Program-made: the position numbers and the translations under genes
Notes under the pieces: model-generated
The model's input: only the letters and a program-made list of their open reading frames with translations
What the model was told of the DNA's origin: nothing
Databases searched by the model: none
Part shown: in pieces, positions 10,294 to 20,214 of the stretch
Numbering within the stretch: the first letter of the stretch is position 1
Layout of the letters: each line of letters begins with the position of its first letter
From: an uncultured cyanobacterium
GTDB lineage: Bacteria; Cyanobacteriota; Cyanobacteriia; CAKZMO01
Direction of reading: 5' to 3'
Assembly (NCBI GenBank): GCA_963719515.1
Contig: CAVRCJ010000014.1
Span: 32,001 to 96,000, forward strand
Length of the DNA: 64,000 nucleotides

Positions 10294-11643
10294 CTACTGC
10301 TGAGGTGATCCCACCCGCTCAAAGGTCCCAGGAATCTGCAGCGCCAGCGTCACGGCGCGGCCTCCCATAAACAGCGTCAGCGCCAGCCAAAGAATGTGGA
10401 CGCTGCCCAGCTGCTGAGCTACGATCGCCGCCGGTAAAAACCCCACCGCCACCGCCGCGATGCTGGAATTGCGCAGCACTCGCCCCGCCGTCAGCCCCAG
10501 GAAATAGCCGTCTAGCGTGAAGGCGATCGCGCCAAACCCCAACACCGGCAGCAGCCACAGGGTTGTGGTTTGCAGCTGGGCGAGAACAGCCCTATGGTCG
10601 GTAAGTAGGCCAAACAGGGGCTCAGGAAATAGGTTAAACAGCGCGGCAAACAGCAGACCCATCGCCAGACTCACGCTGCCCGCACCGTAGACCAGAGCCA
10701 CCAGCCGGGAGCGCACCTCTGCTGGCTTGCCGGCTGCAGACTCAATTTGAGCTTGGCCTATGAGGCTGCCCACTAGACTCTCGGTGGCAAAGGCAAACCC
10801 ATCAATAAAATAGGCTGATAGGGTCACGACCTGCAGCAGTAGGGTGTTGGCTGCCAAAACGTTTCGCCCCAAGCCGCCACTGAGGTTGGTAAACAGCCCA
10901 AACGCCGTCAGTAGCGCAAAGGTGCGCAGCAAGATATCGCTGTTGAGCTGAAATACCCGCCGTAGCGCCGCCCCCTTGAACAGCGATCGCCAGGAAACCT
11001 GTACATGCTGGCGGTAGGGCATCAGCAGCCCCAGCCCAACCGCCAGCATGGCGTACTGACTCGCGGCGGTGGCTAGCCCCGCGCCGCCGCTGCCCCAGTC
11101 CAGACGGTAGACCGCTACATAGTCCAGCACCACATTCGTCGCGTTGCCCACCAGCGACAGTAGCAGCACCTGCCGCCCGCCTTCCCGGCCCAAAAACCAG
11201 CCAATCAGCACAAAGTTGATTAGGGTTGCTGGGGCACCCCAAATCCTAGCGTTGTAAAACTCGACGCCGGCCTGCCGAATGTCAGGGGCGACCTGCATGA
11301 TCCAAAAGCCTAGTTCCCGTAGGGGCACCTGCAGCACCAAGAGCGCTAGGCCCACGCCCAGAGCGATCGCCCCGTGGCGGAGCCCCACGGTAAAGACTTC
11401 TTGAGTGTCCCCTCGGCCGCTGGCCTGAGCTACGAGGCCGGTGGTGGCCATGCGCAAAAAGCCAAAGGACCAGTAGAGGTAGTTGAAAATGACGGTAGCG
11501 ATCGCGACGCCTGCCAGGTAGCGGATGTCGTCTAGGTGGCCCAGAAATGCTGTATCCACCAGACCGGCAATGGGCACCATGAGGTTGCTCAAGATGTTGA
11601 ATAGAGACAGCTTGAAGAATCGCTGATAGAGGTGGGTTACGAT
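10294..11643 (-). CDS. MATE (DinF-like) efflux transporter; start uncertain (first canonical start is TTG 11592)
   Basis: PIAGLVDTAFLGHL, FGFLRMATTGLVAQA, about 12 TM segments. The frame stays open upstream through RFFKLSLFNILSNL. Confidence 0.88.
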   Translation of the reverse strand: MVTHLYQRFFKLSLFNILSNLMVPIAGLVDTAFLGHLDDIRYLAGVAIATVIFNYLYWSFGFLRMATTGLVAQASGRGDTQEVFTVGLRHGAIALGVGLALLVLQVPLRELGFWIMQVAPDIRQAGVEFYNARIWGAPATLINFVLIGWFLGREGGRQVLLLSLVGNATNVVLDYVAVYRLDWGSGGAGLATAASQYAMLAVGLGLLMPYRQHVQVSWRSLFKGAALRRVFQLNSDILLRTFALLTAFGLFTNLSGGLGRNVLAANTLLLQVVTLSAYFIDGFAFATESLVGSLIGQAQIESAAGKPAEVRSRLVALVYGAGSVSLAMGLLFAALFNLFPEPLFGLLTDHRAVLAQLQTTTLWLLPVLGFGAIAFTLDGYFLGLTAGRVLRNSSIAAVAVGFLPAAIVAQQLGSVHILWLALTLFMGGRAVTLALQIPGTFERVGSPQQ

Positions 11644-11897
11644 GGCTCCCCCTGATGACGGCGTGAGCTGAGAGTGCTCCTTTGATGATAGCTAGGGGAG
11701 TCGCCTACTTCGTGACGACTCTGCTTCTCGGTGACTCTACTTCTCAACCTAGACAAGGTTATGGTTAAATCTTGGCGTGAGGTGACGCGGGGTGGGTCGA
11801 TCGCGACGGTAAAGCCGGCGAAAAATTTGTAATATTTTTGTACTCTTCTAGCGTCACCGCCTAAACTAGTCGGGTAGGTCCCCATTCGCATCCCGCC

Positions 11898-13655
11898 ATG
11901 GCTAAGTCCCAGACTCCCGCTGACATCACCGCTCCTCAAGCCACTGACGCCTCCAAGTCCGAGGCTGTAATTCAGGGGGCGATCGGCACCGTCAAAGGAC
12001 CGGGAGAAACGGGCAACCAGTACGTCTTCATCACTGCCGACAACCGCCAGGTGAAAATTGGTGAGTTTGTCTACTACGAAGTTGCCGCCCAGCGGGTGAC
12101 GCTATCGGCAGCCCCCGAAGACGCCCCGCTCCAGATCTTGGGCAAGATCTCTGACCGCCGCCTCATCGACCATCTCCCAGACCGCCTCTTCGCCGATCCG
12201 GCGATCAGCCCTAAGGCCGTAGCGGCGCTAGTCGGATTTGCCCACGCGGATGCCGCAATTTACGAAGTTACCGTCGATGTCATCGGCTACTTCGACCCGC
12301 GGTTGGGCTTTATGAACCCGCGACAGGCCCCGGACCCGGGTGCCAAAGTATTTTTGTCGGACGATGAAACCCTGATTGGCGTAATCAACAAGAAGCAGCA
12401 GGGGGCCGTAGGCACCGCCCATGTGGGCCACCTGCTGCTTCGGGAGGCGGGGGCCGTGCCGGTGACGCTAGACGTCAAAGACCTGGTGAGTACCCACATG
12501 GCGATTTTAGCGGGCACCGGATCGGGAAAGTCCTACACGGCGGGAGTCTTGATTGAGGAGATGATGCGGCCTTACAACCGGGCGGCGGTGCTGGTATTTG
12601 ACCCTCATGGAGAATATGACACCTTGGGGGAAATGCAGGGCCATCCGCAATTTGGCGATGAGGATGGCTACAGCCCTCGGGTGAAAATTCTTAAGCCTGA
12701 GGATGTGCAGATCCGCATCTCGTCTTTGGACTACTATGACATTCTCACCCTGCTCCCTAACATGAGCGATCGTCAGCAGGCCATTCTCAACAAGGCCTAC
12801 GGCATTTTACGGCGTCATCGGGGCGGCGAATATCGCTGGGGGGTAAACGATCTGATTGCGGCGGTGTTTGAGGCCGACAGCTCTCAGGACGATGAGGGCA
12901 ACGAGAAAATTGGCTCCTCCGCCCCCGCCATCGAGTGGAAGCTAGACCGGCTGGCGAGCTCGCCCTACTTCCATCCCTTTCAGCATCTTTCCCCGCAGGA
13001 TCTGTTTCAGCCCGGTCAGGTGACGGTGCTGCAGATGAGCGAAATCAGCCAGGAAGAGCAGCAGGTCATCTGCGCAGCAATTTTGCGGCAGACCAACCAG
13101 GCCCGTATGGATACCCAGAAAGAGCGCGTTACTCCTCAAGACGAGACCTATCTCCCCTACCCGGTATTTGTGCTTCTAGAGGAGGCCCACCGCTTTGCCC
13201 CAGCCCATGAACCGGCTCGCTGCAAAATGATTCTGCGGACAATTTTGAGCGAGGGCCGTAAGTTTGGGGTGGGGGTGGGGCTAATTACCCAGCGTCCCGG
13301 CAAGCTAGATGCTGACGTGCTCTCCCAGTGCATGAGCCAGTTTTTAATGCGCATTGTCAATCCTGCGGACCAAGAAAGCCTCAAATATGGCGTAGAAGCG
13401 GCGGGGCGAGACCTGCTTAAGGAGCTGCCCGCCTTGACCAAAGGGCAGGTGATTTTGGCGGGGGCCTGCATCAACACGCCGGTGCTTTGCCAAATCCGCC
13501 AGCGTCTTACCACCCACGGCGGCGAAACCTTGAACGCACCGGAGCTGTGGCAGCAGCACTTCGCGGGCCATCAACAAAAGGCCCGTGCTGTCGCGGAGGC
13601 TCCTCTGGCGGGGCTGTCTGTGGCCGATATGTTTGACGGGGTTAGCATCGACTAG
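11898..13655 (+). CDS. HerA/FtsK-superfamily ATPase (HAS-barrel + DUF87-type)
   Basis: HMAILAGTGSGKS Walker A, VFDPHGEY, LLEEAHRF Walker B, EGRKFGVG..ITQRP. Confidence 0.9.
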   Translation: MAKSQTPADITAPQATDASKSEAVIQGAIGTVKGPGETGNQYVFITADNRQVKIGEFVYYEVAAQRVTLSAAPEDAPLQILGKISDRRLIDHLPDRLFADPAISPKAVAALVGFAHADAAIYEVTVDVIGYFDPRLGFMNPRQAPDPGAKVFLSDDETLIGVINKKQQGAVGTAHVGHLLLREAGAVPVTLDVKDLVSTHMAILAGTGSGKSYTAGVLIEEMMRPYNRAAVLVFDPHGEYDTLGEMQGHPQFGDEDGYSPRVKILKPEDVQIRISSLDYYDILTLLPNMSDRQQAILNKAYGILRRHRGGEYRWGVNDLIAAVFEADSSQDDEGNEKIGSSAPAIEWKLDRLASSPYFHPFQHLSPQDLFQPGQVTVLQMSEISQEEQQVICAAILRQTNQARMDTQKERVTPQDETYLPYPVFVLLEEAHRFAPAHEPARCKMILRTILSEGRKFGVGVGLITQRPGKLDADVLSQCMSQFLMRIVNPADQESLKYGVEAAGRDLLKELPALTKGQVILAGACINTPVLCQIRQRLTTHGGETLNAPELWQQHFAGHQQKARAVAEAPLAGLSVADMFDGVSID

Positions 13656-13715
13656 CCCCATCAGACTGGTCCGGGCACAGCCTGTCATACGCTTTCAGCC
13701 GCGCCGGGGGATGCC

Positions 13716-14681
13716 TTAGGATCGCTGCTGAGCCTGCGATCGCGCTGCAGCTTCGTACGTCTGATACAGCTGATGCCGGTCTTCGGCAATGGCGCTGCGG
13801 CTGTCTGTAGGGAGTACCTGGCCCATAAGCTGAGAGGCCTGCTGCCAAGAGTCCGCAATCTTCAGCCACTCCGCGGTGGTGGAGGCCGTTTGACCCGCGA
13901 TCGCCGCCTTTTCCGCTAAGCGAACGGCCTCGGCAAAGGGATCGGCAGCCGCTGCCGGTGGCTTCGCTTCCGATTCCGGCAGCGGCCCGGGCTGAGCGCC
14001 AGTTTGGGCCGCTGCGCCGCTAGTCTGCTCAGCTTCAGAGCCGGAGCTGAGTACCCCCGGGGCGGAGGCCTGCTCTCGGGCTCCGAGCTTGTCATCGGGC
14101 GATCGCGACCCGCGCAATAGCCCTACAGAGTCGCTGAGCGTTGTCTTTTGTAGCCAGCCGTAAATTAACCCGCTTACCAGCAGTAGCCCTAGAGCCAGCA
14201 GCACCCCACCCCCGAGCCCGCGAAGAAACTGCCGCTTTTCCCGCTGCTCACGGGCAGTCGCGGTAGTAGCAATTGTGGATTCCTTGGGCTGGTCTTGCCA
14301 GGTTTTGACAAGTTGGGCGATGGGATTCTGCCGCGATAAAATGATGTCCTCTGACCACAGCAGCTGACTGTTGGGGTCGCGGTTGATTTCATCTAGCCAG
14401 AGCAGCTGCTGCTCTTTGACGATGCGGCTGTTGATGCGAACGCGGCGAATGTGCTTGGGATGCAGCGACTCTAAAATTTTCTGGATACGCTGAACCAGGT
14501 TTTGACGGTCTAATCGAGCGGCGTCGGCGGCTTCACACAGCAGCTGCAGCACGCCCCGAACCAGCACCGCCCGGACGCGAACGCCAGAGGTGGAGAGCTG
14601 TTCGTTGAGCACTTGGATGATAGCCGCAACGCTACCTTGCTCAGCCTGGACCACGATATCGTTCGAATTGACCATAGACAC
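13716..14681 (-). CDS. Hypothetical single-TM protein
   Basis: 321 aa, N-terminal AEQGSVAAIIQVLNE, one TM, C-terminal TPR-like helices. Confidence 0.75.
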   Translation of the reverse strand: MSMVNSNDIVVQAEQGSVAAIIQVLNEQLSTSGVRVRAVLVRGVLQLLCEAADAARLDRQNLVQRIQKILESLHPKHIRRVRINSRIVKEQQLLWLDEINRDPNSQLLWSEDIILSRQNPIAQLVKTWQDQPKESTIATTATAREQREKRQFLRGLGGGVLLALGLLLVSGLIYGWLQKTTLSDSVGLLRGSRSPDDKLGAREQASAPGVLSSGSEAEQTSGAAAQTGAQPGPLPESEAKPPAAAADPFAEAVRLAEKAAIAGQTASTTAEWLKIADSWQQASQLMGQVLPTDSRSAIAEDRHQLYQTYEAAARSQAQQRS

Positions 14682-14853
14682 TTAGCGGCAAAATGGGGGC
14701 TTTGTCCGCGCTAACGGCAACTAGGAAGGCGATCGCATCAAGAGACGTGAGATTGTAACGTTATAACTTTAAAGTGTTGCTTGTTACTAGCCGCTGCCGA
14801 TGCCCTCAATAAAGCGTTAACCCCAAACTGCTGAATTTCGAAGGAAATGCAAG

Positions 14854-14893
14854 GAAGGGGATAGCGACTATTTCGGTCATCGCTATCCCCTTC
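14854..14893. terminator. 14-bp stem hairpin downstream of gnd
   Basis: GAAGGGGATAGCGA ... TCGCTATCCCCTTC. Confidence 0.6.
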
Positions 14894-14925
14894 AGGATAA
14901 ATGTCGGACTAAACCTAAATTCTCT

Positions 14926-14965
14926 TGAGAAGTAGAGTTCTCTCTAAGTGGAACTCTACTTCTCA
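14926..14965. repeat. 15-bp perfect inverted repeat just after the gnd stop
   Basis: TGAGAAGTAGAGTTC-N10-GAACTCTACTTCTCA. Confidence 0.7.
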
Positions 14966-14975
14966 GCCTATAGGC

Positions 14976-16382
14976 CTAGAACCACTGGGTGTGGAAAGAT
15001 CCCTCTTTGTCCACCCGCATGTAGGTGTGGGCTCCAAAGTAGTCCCGCTGGGCCTGGGTGAGGTTTTGCGGCAGCACCTCACGCCGGTAGCTGTCGAAGT
15101 AGTCCAGAGAGGCGCTGAAGGCAGGCACCGGAATTCCTAGCGTATTGGCCGTAGCCAGCACTTCGCGCCAGGCCTCTTGGCGATCGAGAATCGTCTGGAT
15201 AAACTCGGGGGCCATCAGCAGATTAGCCAGCTTGGGATCTTGATGGTAGGCCGCCTTGATTTTGTCGAGGAAGCGAGCGCGGATAATGCAGCCGCCCTTC
15301 CAGATGCGGGCCGTCTCGCCGAGGTCGAGGTTATAGCCATACTCATCTGAGGCTTTACCCAGCAGCGCCATGCCCTGGGCGTAGGAGCAGATCTTTGAGC
15401 AGTACAGCGCGTCTCTGATTTTGTCGACAAACGCCTTGGCGTCGCCGGTATACTTACCGGTGGGTCCGGTGAGCTGCTTAGAGGCGGCAATCCGCTCCAC
15501 CTTATAGGACGACATCACCCGAGCGTTGACGGCGGCAAAAATCGTGGGAATTGGAACCCCCAGCTCTAGCGCCGTAACCACCGTCCAGCGACCCGTTCCC
15601 TTTTGACCGGCGGAGTCTAGGATAACGTCAATTGTCGGCAGTCCGCTGTCGGGCTCAGTCTTAGCGAAAATATCCGCCGTGATTTCAATCAAGAACGAGT
15701 CTAGCTCTTCGGTTTTGTTCCACTGGGCAAACACCTCCTGCATCTGGTTGGCGTCTAGACCAACGGCGTTTTTCATCAAGTCGAAGGCTTCTGCAATCAG
15801 CTGCATATCGCCGTACTCGATGCCGTTGTGCACCATCTTCACGTAGTGCCCTGCCCCGCCTGGGCCGATGTAGGTGACGCAGGGGCCATCGTCCACCTGG
15901 GCCGCAATTTTGGTGACAATAGGCTCAATGGACTCATAGGCGGCCTTGGTGCCCCCAGGCATGAGGCTAGGGCCGTTGAGGGCACCTTCTTCACCACCGC
16001 TGACGCCCATGCCGATGAAGCTCAGTCCGGCAGCCTCTAAATCCTTCACCCGACGCTCGGTGTCCTCGTAGAGAGAGTTACCGCCGTCGATAATCATGTC
16101 GTCTTCCTGCAGCAGCGGCTTCAGCTGGTTGATGACGGCGTCTACGGGAACACCGGCTTTCACCATGACCAGAATTCTGCGGGGCCGTTCGAGAGACTCG
16201 ACAAACTCTTCTAACGAGTAGGTGGCTTTAATATTTTTCCCTTGAGCCCGCTCCGCCATAAAGCGCTCAGTTTTCTCAGCGGTGCGGTTGTAAACTGAGA
16301 CAGGAAATCCATTACGCTCGACGTTGAGCGCCAAGTTTTCTCCCATAACGGCTAGGCCGATTAAACCAAAGCTCTGTGCCAT
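14976..16382 (-). CDS. gnd: 6-phosphogluconate dehydrogenase, NADP-dependent, decarboxylating
   Basis: MAQSFGLIGLAVMGENLALN, GMGVSGGEEGA, VKMVHNGIEYGDMQ, QAQRDYFGAHTY. Confidence 0.97.
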   Translation of the reverse strand: MAQSFGLIGLAVMGENLALNVERNGFPVSVYNRTAEKTERFMAERAQGKNIKATYSLEEFVESLERPRRILVMVKAGVPVDAVINQLKPLLQEDDMIIDGGNSLYEDTERRVKDLEAAGLSFIGMGVSGGEEGALNGPSLMPGGTKAAYESIEPIVTKIAAQVDDGPCVTYIGPGGAGHYVKMVHNGIEYGDMQLIAEAFDLMKNAVGLDANQMQEVFAQWNKTEELDSFLIEITADIFAKTEPDSGLPTIDVILDSAGQKGTGRWTVVTALELGVPIPTIFAAVNARVMSSYKVERIAASKQLTGPTGKYTGDAKAFVDKIRDALYCSKICSYAQGMALLGKASDEYGYNLDLGETARIWKGGCIIRARFLDKIKAAYHQDPKLANLLMAPEFIQTILDRQEAWREVLATANTLGIPVPAFSASLDYFDSYRREVLPQNLTQAQRDYFGAHTYMRVDKEGSFHTQWF

Positions 16383-16563
16383 GTACTCTATACCTCTTAC
16401 CAAATAAGGAGATGTCTGTTCCAGGGTAGTCAAGATTGTTCGAAAGTTCCGCCCCTCCAAAGACTTTCTTTAGGCTTGGGTAAGGGTTTTATAACTCAGC
16501 GTACTAGATAGTTATAGCAGCGGCGCATGAAGGTGGGATTAATGCGCCGCTGGTTACGGGCCT

Positions 16564-19011
16564 CTAAAGCGTCACCGTTATCTGCACCTCGCCGTCGAGG
16601 CTTGCTGGCGATCGCCAGCCCTGTAAGCGCTGCCGCAGCTCCCCCAGCAGCGATCGCGTCTCCAGCGTGGAGGCAGCGTCGTCTAGCAGCACCTGCACCA
16701 CCCGCCCTTGGCGCAGCCTCACCCGCCACACGACAACTCCTGACGTCCCGTGGGTGATACCCTGCAGCTGCGATTCTAGGGACTGGATGAGCTGAGCTAG
16801 CAGATCATCCTCTAGCGTTACATCTACCCCGTCTATTTCTACGGTCAGCGCCTGAGCCCTGGGCCGCTCTGGCACCGGAGCCGCCTCAGCGTCAGGGGAC
16901 ACAGACGGCGTGGGGAGAGCTGGCATCCGAGGAGACAGCACATCTGCGCCGCTCATCGGGGCGGGAGCGCTTTGCAGCCTTGCACTCGCAGCCCTAGAGG
17001 ACACCATTCTCGCCTCTGCAGCAGCTGGGCCAAAGATACCCTCATCGCTCACTCCCTCCGGCAGCGCCACGGGCACCTCTACCCGGCGCCGGGTGCCGTC
17101 AGGGTCAACCCGCACCTCCTCGCTCACCGCCACAAACGCCGTGTAGGCCGACAGCAGCCGGTAGTCCAGGGCTGTTTGGGTCACCGTTTCTACCCCAGAC
17201 ACCGTCTCGCCGCTCGCCATCTCCAGCATCAGATCCTTGACGCGGGCGCGGCCCCACAGCTGGGCAACCGCCGGGTTCCCCGCGCCGTCGAAGCGCAGGG
17301 GCAGCGTGGTTTCGTAGGGGGCTCCATTGGCCAGCGTGCCGCTCACCCGCAGGCTCCCCGTCTGGCCGGCTTCTGCGCGGCCAAATACCACTAGAGGCTG
17401 CTGGTCAAATAGGTCGGGCAGCGCCTGGGGGTAGACCACAGGAGAGTTGCCCGTCCCCTCCCAGCTCACTTCCAGATTGGTAAGAACCGGGTTGCTGATG
17501 CGGCCCAAAAAGCGATCGATTATCGCCTCCACCGGTTCATCCTGGCGCACCACCAGCGACAAGCCGCGCCCCACCTCCCCTAGCCGGTCCAGCAAAAAGC
17601 GGTTTACCGAGCTGCCCACCCCAAAACTGTAGAGGCGGTTGCCCGCCTGCAGCCGCTGCTGCACCTCGTCGATCACCGCAGCTTCGTTGCCGATGTAGCC
17701 ATCGGTGAGCAGCACCACGCTGCGCAGTCGCCCTTCTGGCGCTGGGGGAAAGCTGAGCACCTCTTTGACGCCGTTGAGCAATTCGGTGCCGCCGCTGGCC
17801 GTCAGCTGCTCGACGTACTGGGTGGCGCGGCGGCGGTTGGCGGCGGTGTTGTCCAGCGGGGCGGGGGAAAGGCGGGTGGTGGTATTGGCAAAGTCGATGA
17901 TCGTAAAGGTGTCGTCGGGGTTGAGCCCCTCCAGCATGCGGGCCATCAGCCGCTTCGACTGGGCCAAGGGTTCCCCCTGCTGGGAGCCGGAGGTATCCAT
18001 GAGGAACACCACGTCCTTGGGCACAATCTCCTCAGGGCGGTAGTCCACTGCCGGAATCAGGTAGAGGGCAAAGTGGCCGCCCCGCTCGTCGGCCTGGGTA
18101 AGCAGGGCGGCTTGGGTGGTCTCGCCGCTGACCCGGTAGCGCAAAATGAAGTCTTTGTTGGGCAAGCTGTCGCTGGGGCTCAGCTGCACCTGCTGGGCCC
18201 CCTGGCCCGACACCACAATTTCGTGGGAGGGCGATCGCACTTCCTGAATGGGCAGGCCCGCATCGAAGCGCACCGTCACCGACAGGTCCTGGCCCGAGCG
18301 CACCTCCGGCGGCAGCACGGGAGGCGTGATTCGCTCGGCGTCGGGCACCTGATCAGTTCCGTCTTCTGGGCCATTGCCCAAAGGAGTGCCCGGAATGTAG
18401 CGCGGCCCCACCACCGTGGGAAACACAAACTCGTAGCCGTCGCCCTCAAAAGGCAAAGACTCGGTGTAGCGCAGGGTGACCTCGATCGCCTCTCCCGGAC
18501 GAATGTTGGCTACCGACTGGGTGAAGATATTGGCCCGCTCCTGCTCCAGTAGACCCGCTGTGCGCCCCGCTGCTCTGGCCTGCTCGTAGATTTCTTGGGC
18601 CTCTTCCCGCCGCTTGATGTTCCCCCGGATGACGCGATCGCCGACGCGAATTTCCATGTCGTCCACAGCGGCTTCGTCGGGTAGCGGAAAGACGTAGATG
18701 GCTTCTAGAGGCTCATCAAAGGGGTTTTCGAAGGTTTGGGTGACTTCGACTCGGGCTAGGTTGCCGCTGACCTGGGCCTGCATGTCGGTGCGTCGTAAGG
18801 TAAAGGCTCTCGCCTCCGCATAAAGCCCTGAGTGGGTATACGGTTGAGGCAGTTCGCTATCAGCGAGCGGCTCCGGTGCCCTATGCTGCGGCACCTGGGC
18901 GAGTGAAGTCGGCTCTAGCCCGACGACAGCCCCCGCCCCCAGCGTCATTGATACTAGGGCCGCGATCGCTAGAAACCGATTCTTAGGGGCCATCGCCAGC
19001 AGGCTTTTCAT
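16564..19011 (-). CDS. Exported VIT + von Willebrand A domain protein
   Basis: Signal-peptide-like N-terminus, VIT (VTQTFENP..EAIYVFPLP), vWA MIDAS DTSGSQ and LLTDG. Confidence 0.9.
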   Translation of the reverse strand: MKSLLAMAPKNRFLAIAALVSMTLGAGAVVGLEPTSLAQVPQHRAPEPLADSELPQPYTHSGLYAEARAFTLRRTDMQAQVSGNLARVEVTQTFENPFDEPLEAIYVFPLPDEAAVDDMEIRVGDRVIRGNIKRREEAQEIYEQARAAGRTAGLLEQERANIFTQSVANIRPGEAIEVTLRYTESLPFEGDGYEFVFPTVVGPRYIPGTPLGNGPEDGTDQVPDAERITPPVLPPEVRSGQDLSVTVRFDAGLPIQEVRSPSHEIVVSGQGAQQVQLSPSDSLPNKDFILRYRVSGETTQAALLTQADERGGHFALYLIPAVDYRPEEIVPKDVVFLMDTSGSQQGEPLAQSKRLMARMLEGLNPDDTFTIIDFANTTTRLSPAPLDNTAANRRRATQYVEQLTASGGTELLNGVKEVLSFPPAPEGRLRSVVLLTDGYIGNEAAVIDEVQQRLQAGNRLYSFGVGSSVNRFLLDRLGEVGRGLSLVVRQDEPVEAIIDRFLGRISNPVLTNLEVSWEGTGNSPVVYPQALPDLFDQQPLVVFGRAEAGQTGSLRVSGTLANGAPYETTLPLRFDGAGNPAVAQLWGRARVKDLMLEMASGETVSGVETVTQTALDYRLLSAYTAFVAVSEEVRVDPDGTRRRVEVPVALPEGVSDEGIFGPAAAEARMVSSRAASARLQSAPAPMSGADVLSPRMPALPTPSVSPDAEAAPVPERPRAQALTVEIDGVDVTLEDDLLAQLIQSLESQLQGITHGTSGVVVWRVRLRQGRVVQVLLDDAASTLETRSLLGELRQRLQGWRSPASLDGEVQITVTL

Positions 19012-19093
19012 GGGCTTTTATGGGGCAACGTCATCCTTACTGTGGCACGGCGTCTGAGCCGATACCGGGGAGGTTACAGAAAGCGCAACCGGC

Positions 19094-20089
19094 CTAGCAG
19101 TCCCGATTAGAAACCGTGCCGTTGGGGAGCTGGGTACCGCACAGAAGAGCGCCGCTGAGGTCTACGCCTTCTAAATTGGCGTCTGTGAGATCAGCCCGAC
19201 GAAGATTGGTGTCTTGAAAAAAGGCTTCCTGCAGGTCAGCGCCTCTTAGATCGGCCTGAAACAGGCCCGCGCTGCGGAGGTTGCTGCCGCGCAGAGTAGC
19301 GCCGGAAAGATCGGTATCTCTAAAAAACGTCCGCGAGAGGTTGGCCTCGGAGAGATTAGCCGCTGAGAGGTTAGCGCTGCTAAGGTTGGCATCCCGTAGA
19401 TTGGCCTGGCGCAGCTCCGCGTTTTTCAAATTGGCCCGGCGTAGGTCTGCCCGGCGTAGGTCTGCCCTAAACAAATCCGCACCCCGCAGGTCAGCATCCC
19501 CTAAACTGATGCGGATCATCTGAGCCTGATGTAGCCGTGCCCCTCGCAGGTCCGTGCCGTCTAGGTCGGCCCGCTGCAGGTTGACGCCTCCTAGATGGGC
19601 CCGGCGCAGGTTAGCGCGGGTGAGGATGGCGTCTCCCAATACAGCGTCGTCTAAAATGGCCTCTTCTAGGGAGGCGTCGCCGATATAGGCCCCCCGTAGA
19701 TCTGCCCCGATCAAAACAGCTTGGTCGAGCACCACACCGCTCAGCACCGCACCGCTCAAATCGGCCCCCGACAAATTGACGCGCTCTAGGTTAGCACCGC
19801 TCAAAACCGACTCCGCAAGATTGATGCCGCTCATGTCGGTTTCGGTAAAGTCAACCTCTCGGAGACTAGCGTTGTGAACGTTGGTGTTCGAGAGGTCAGA
19901 CTGACGCAGCGTAATGCCGTCTAGGTCGCAGCTATTGCAGCTTCCGGTTTCCAGTAGCCGGTTGATGCGCTTGGTTTTGATGACCTGTCGCGAGAGAAGC
20001 GCTAGCCCAAGGCTTGCCAACAGCGTCACGAAAATGGCCAAAATCGTAAAGGCGCGAATGTCTCGCTTATCTAGAGTCCAGGCCACCAT
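19094..20089 (-). CDS. Pentapeptide repeat protein with N-terminal TM
   Basis: Long A(D/N)LXX repeat run. Confidence 0.92.
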   Translation of the reverse strand: MVAWTLDKRDIRAFTILAIFVTLLASLGLALLSRQVIKTKRINRLLETGSCNSCDLDGITLRQSDLSNTNVHNASLREVDFTETDMSGINLAESVLSGANLERVNLSGADLSGAVLSGVVLDQAVLIGADLRGAYIGDASLEEAILDDAVLGDAILTRANLRRAHLGGVNLQRADLDGTDLRGARLHQAQMIRISLGDADLRGADLFRADLRRADLRRANLKNAELRQANLRDANLSSANLSAANLSEANLSRTFFRDTDLSGATLRGSNLRSAGLFQADLRGADLQEAFFQDTNLRRADLTDANLEGVDLSGALLCGTQLPNGTVSNRDC

Positions 20090-20214
20090 AGCGACGTCCT
20101 ATAGCAATCTCAAATGAGTTTGTGAGGGGGTGCTGTGAGGGGAGGGGTAAGTTCAGCCTGCCCCTCCCCTCTGTTTGCAATTGTAGTCAACCGCTGGTAG
20201 GCGTTGTCCGCACG

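Noticed and set aside
19094..20089. 15-bp periodic DNA repeats here and at 54285-54764
   Set aside because: Explained by pentapeptide-repeat coding.
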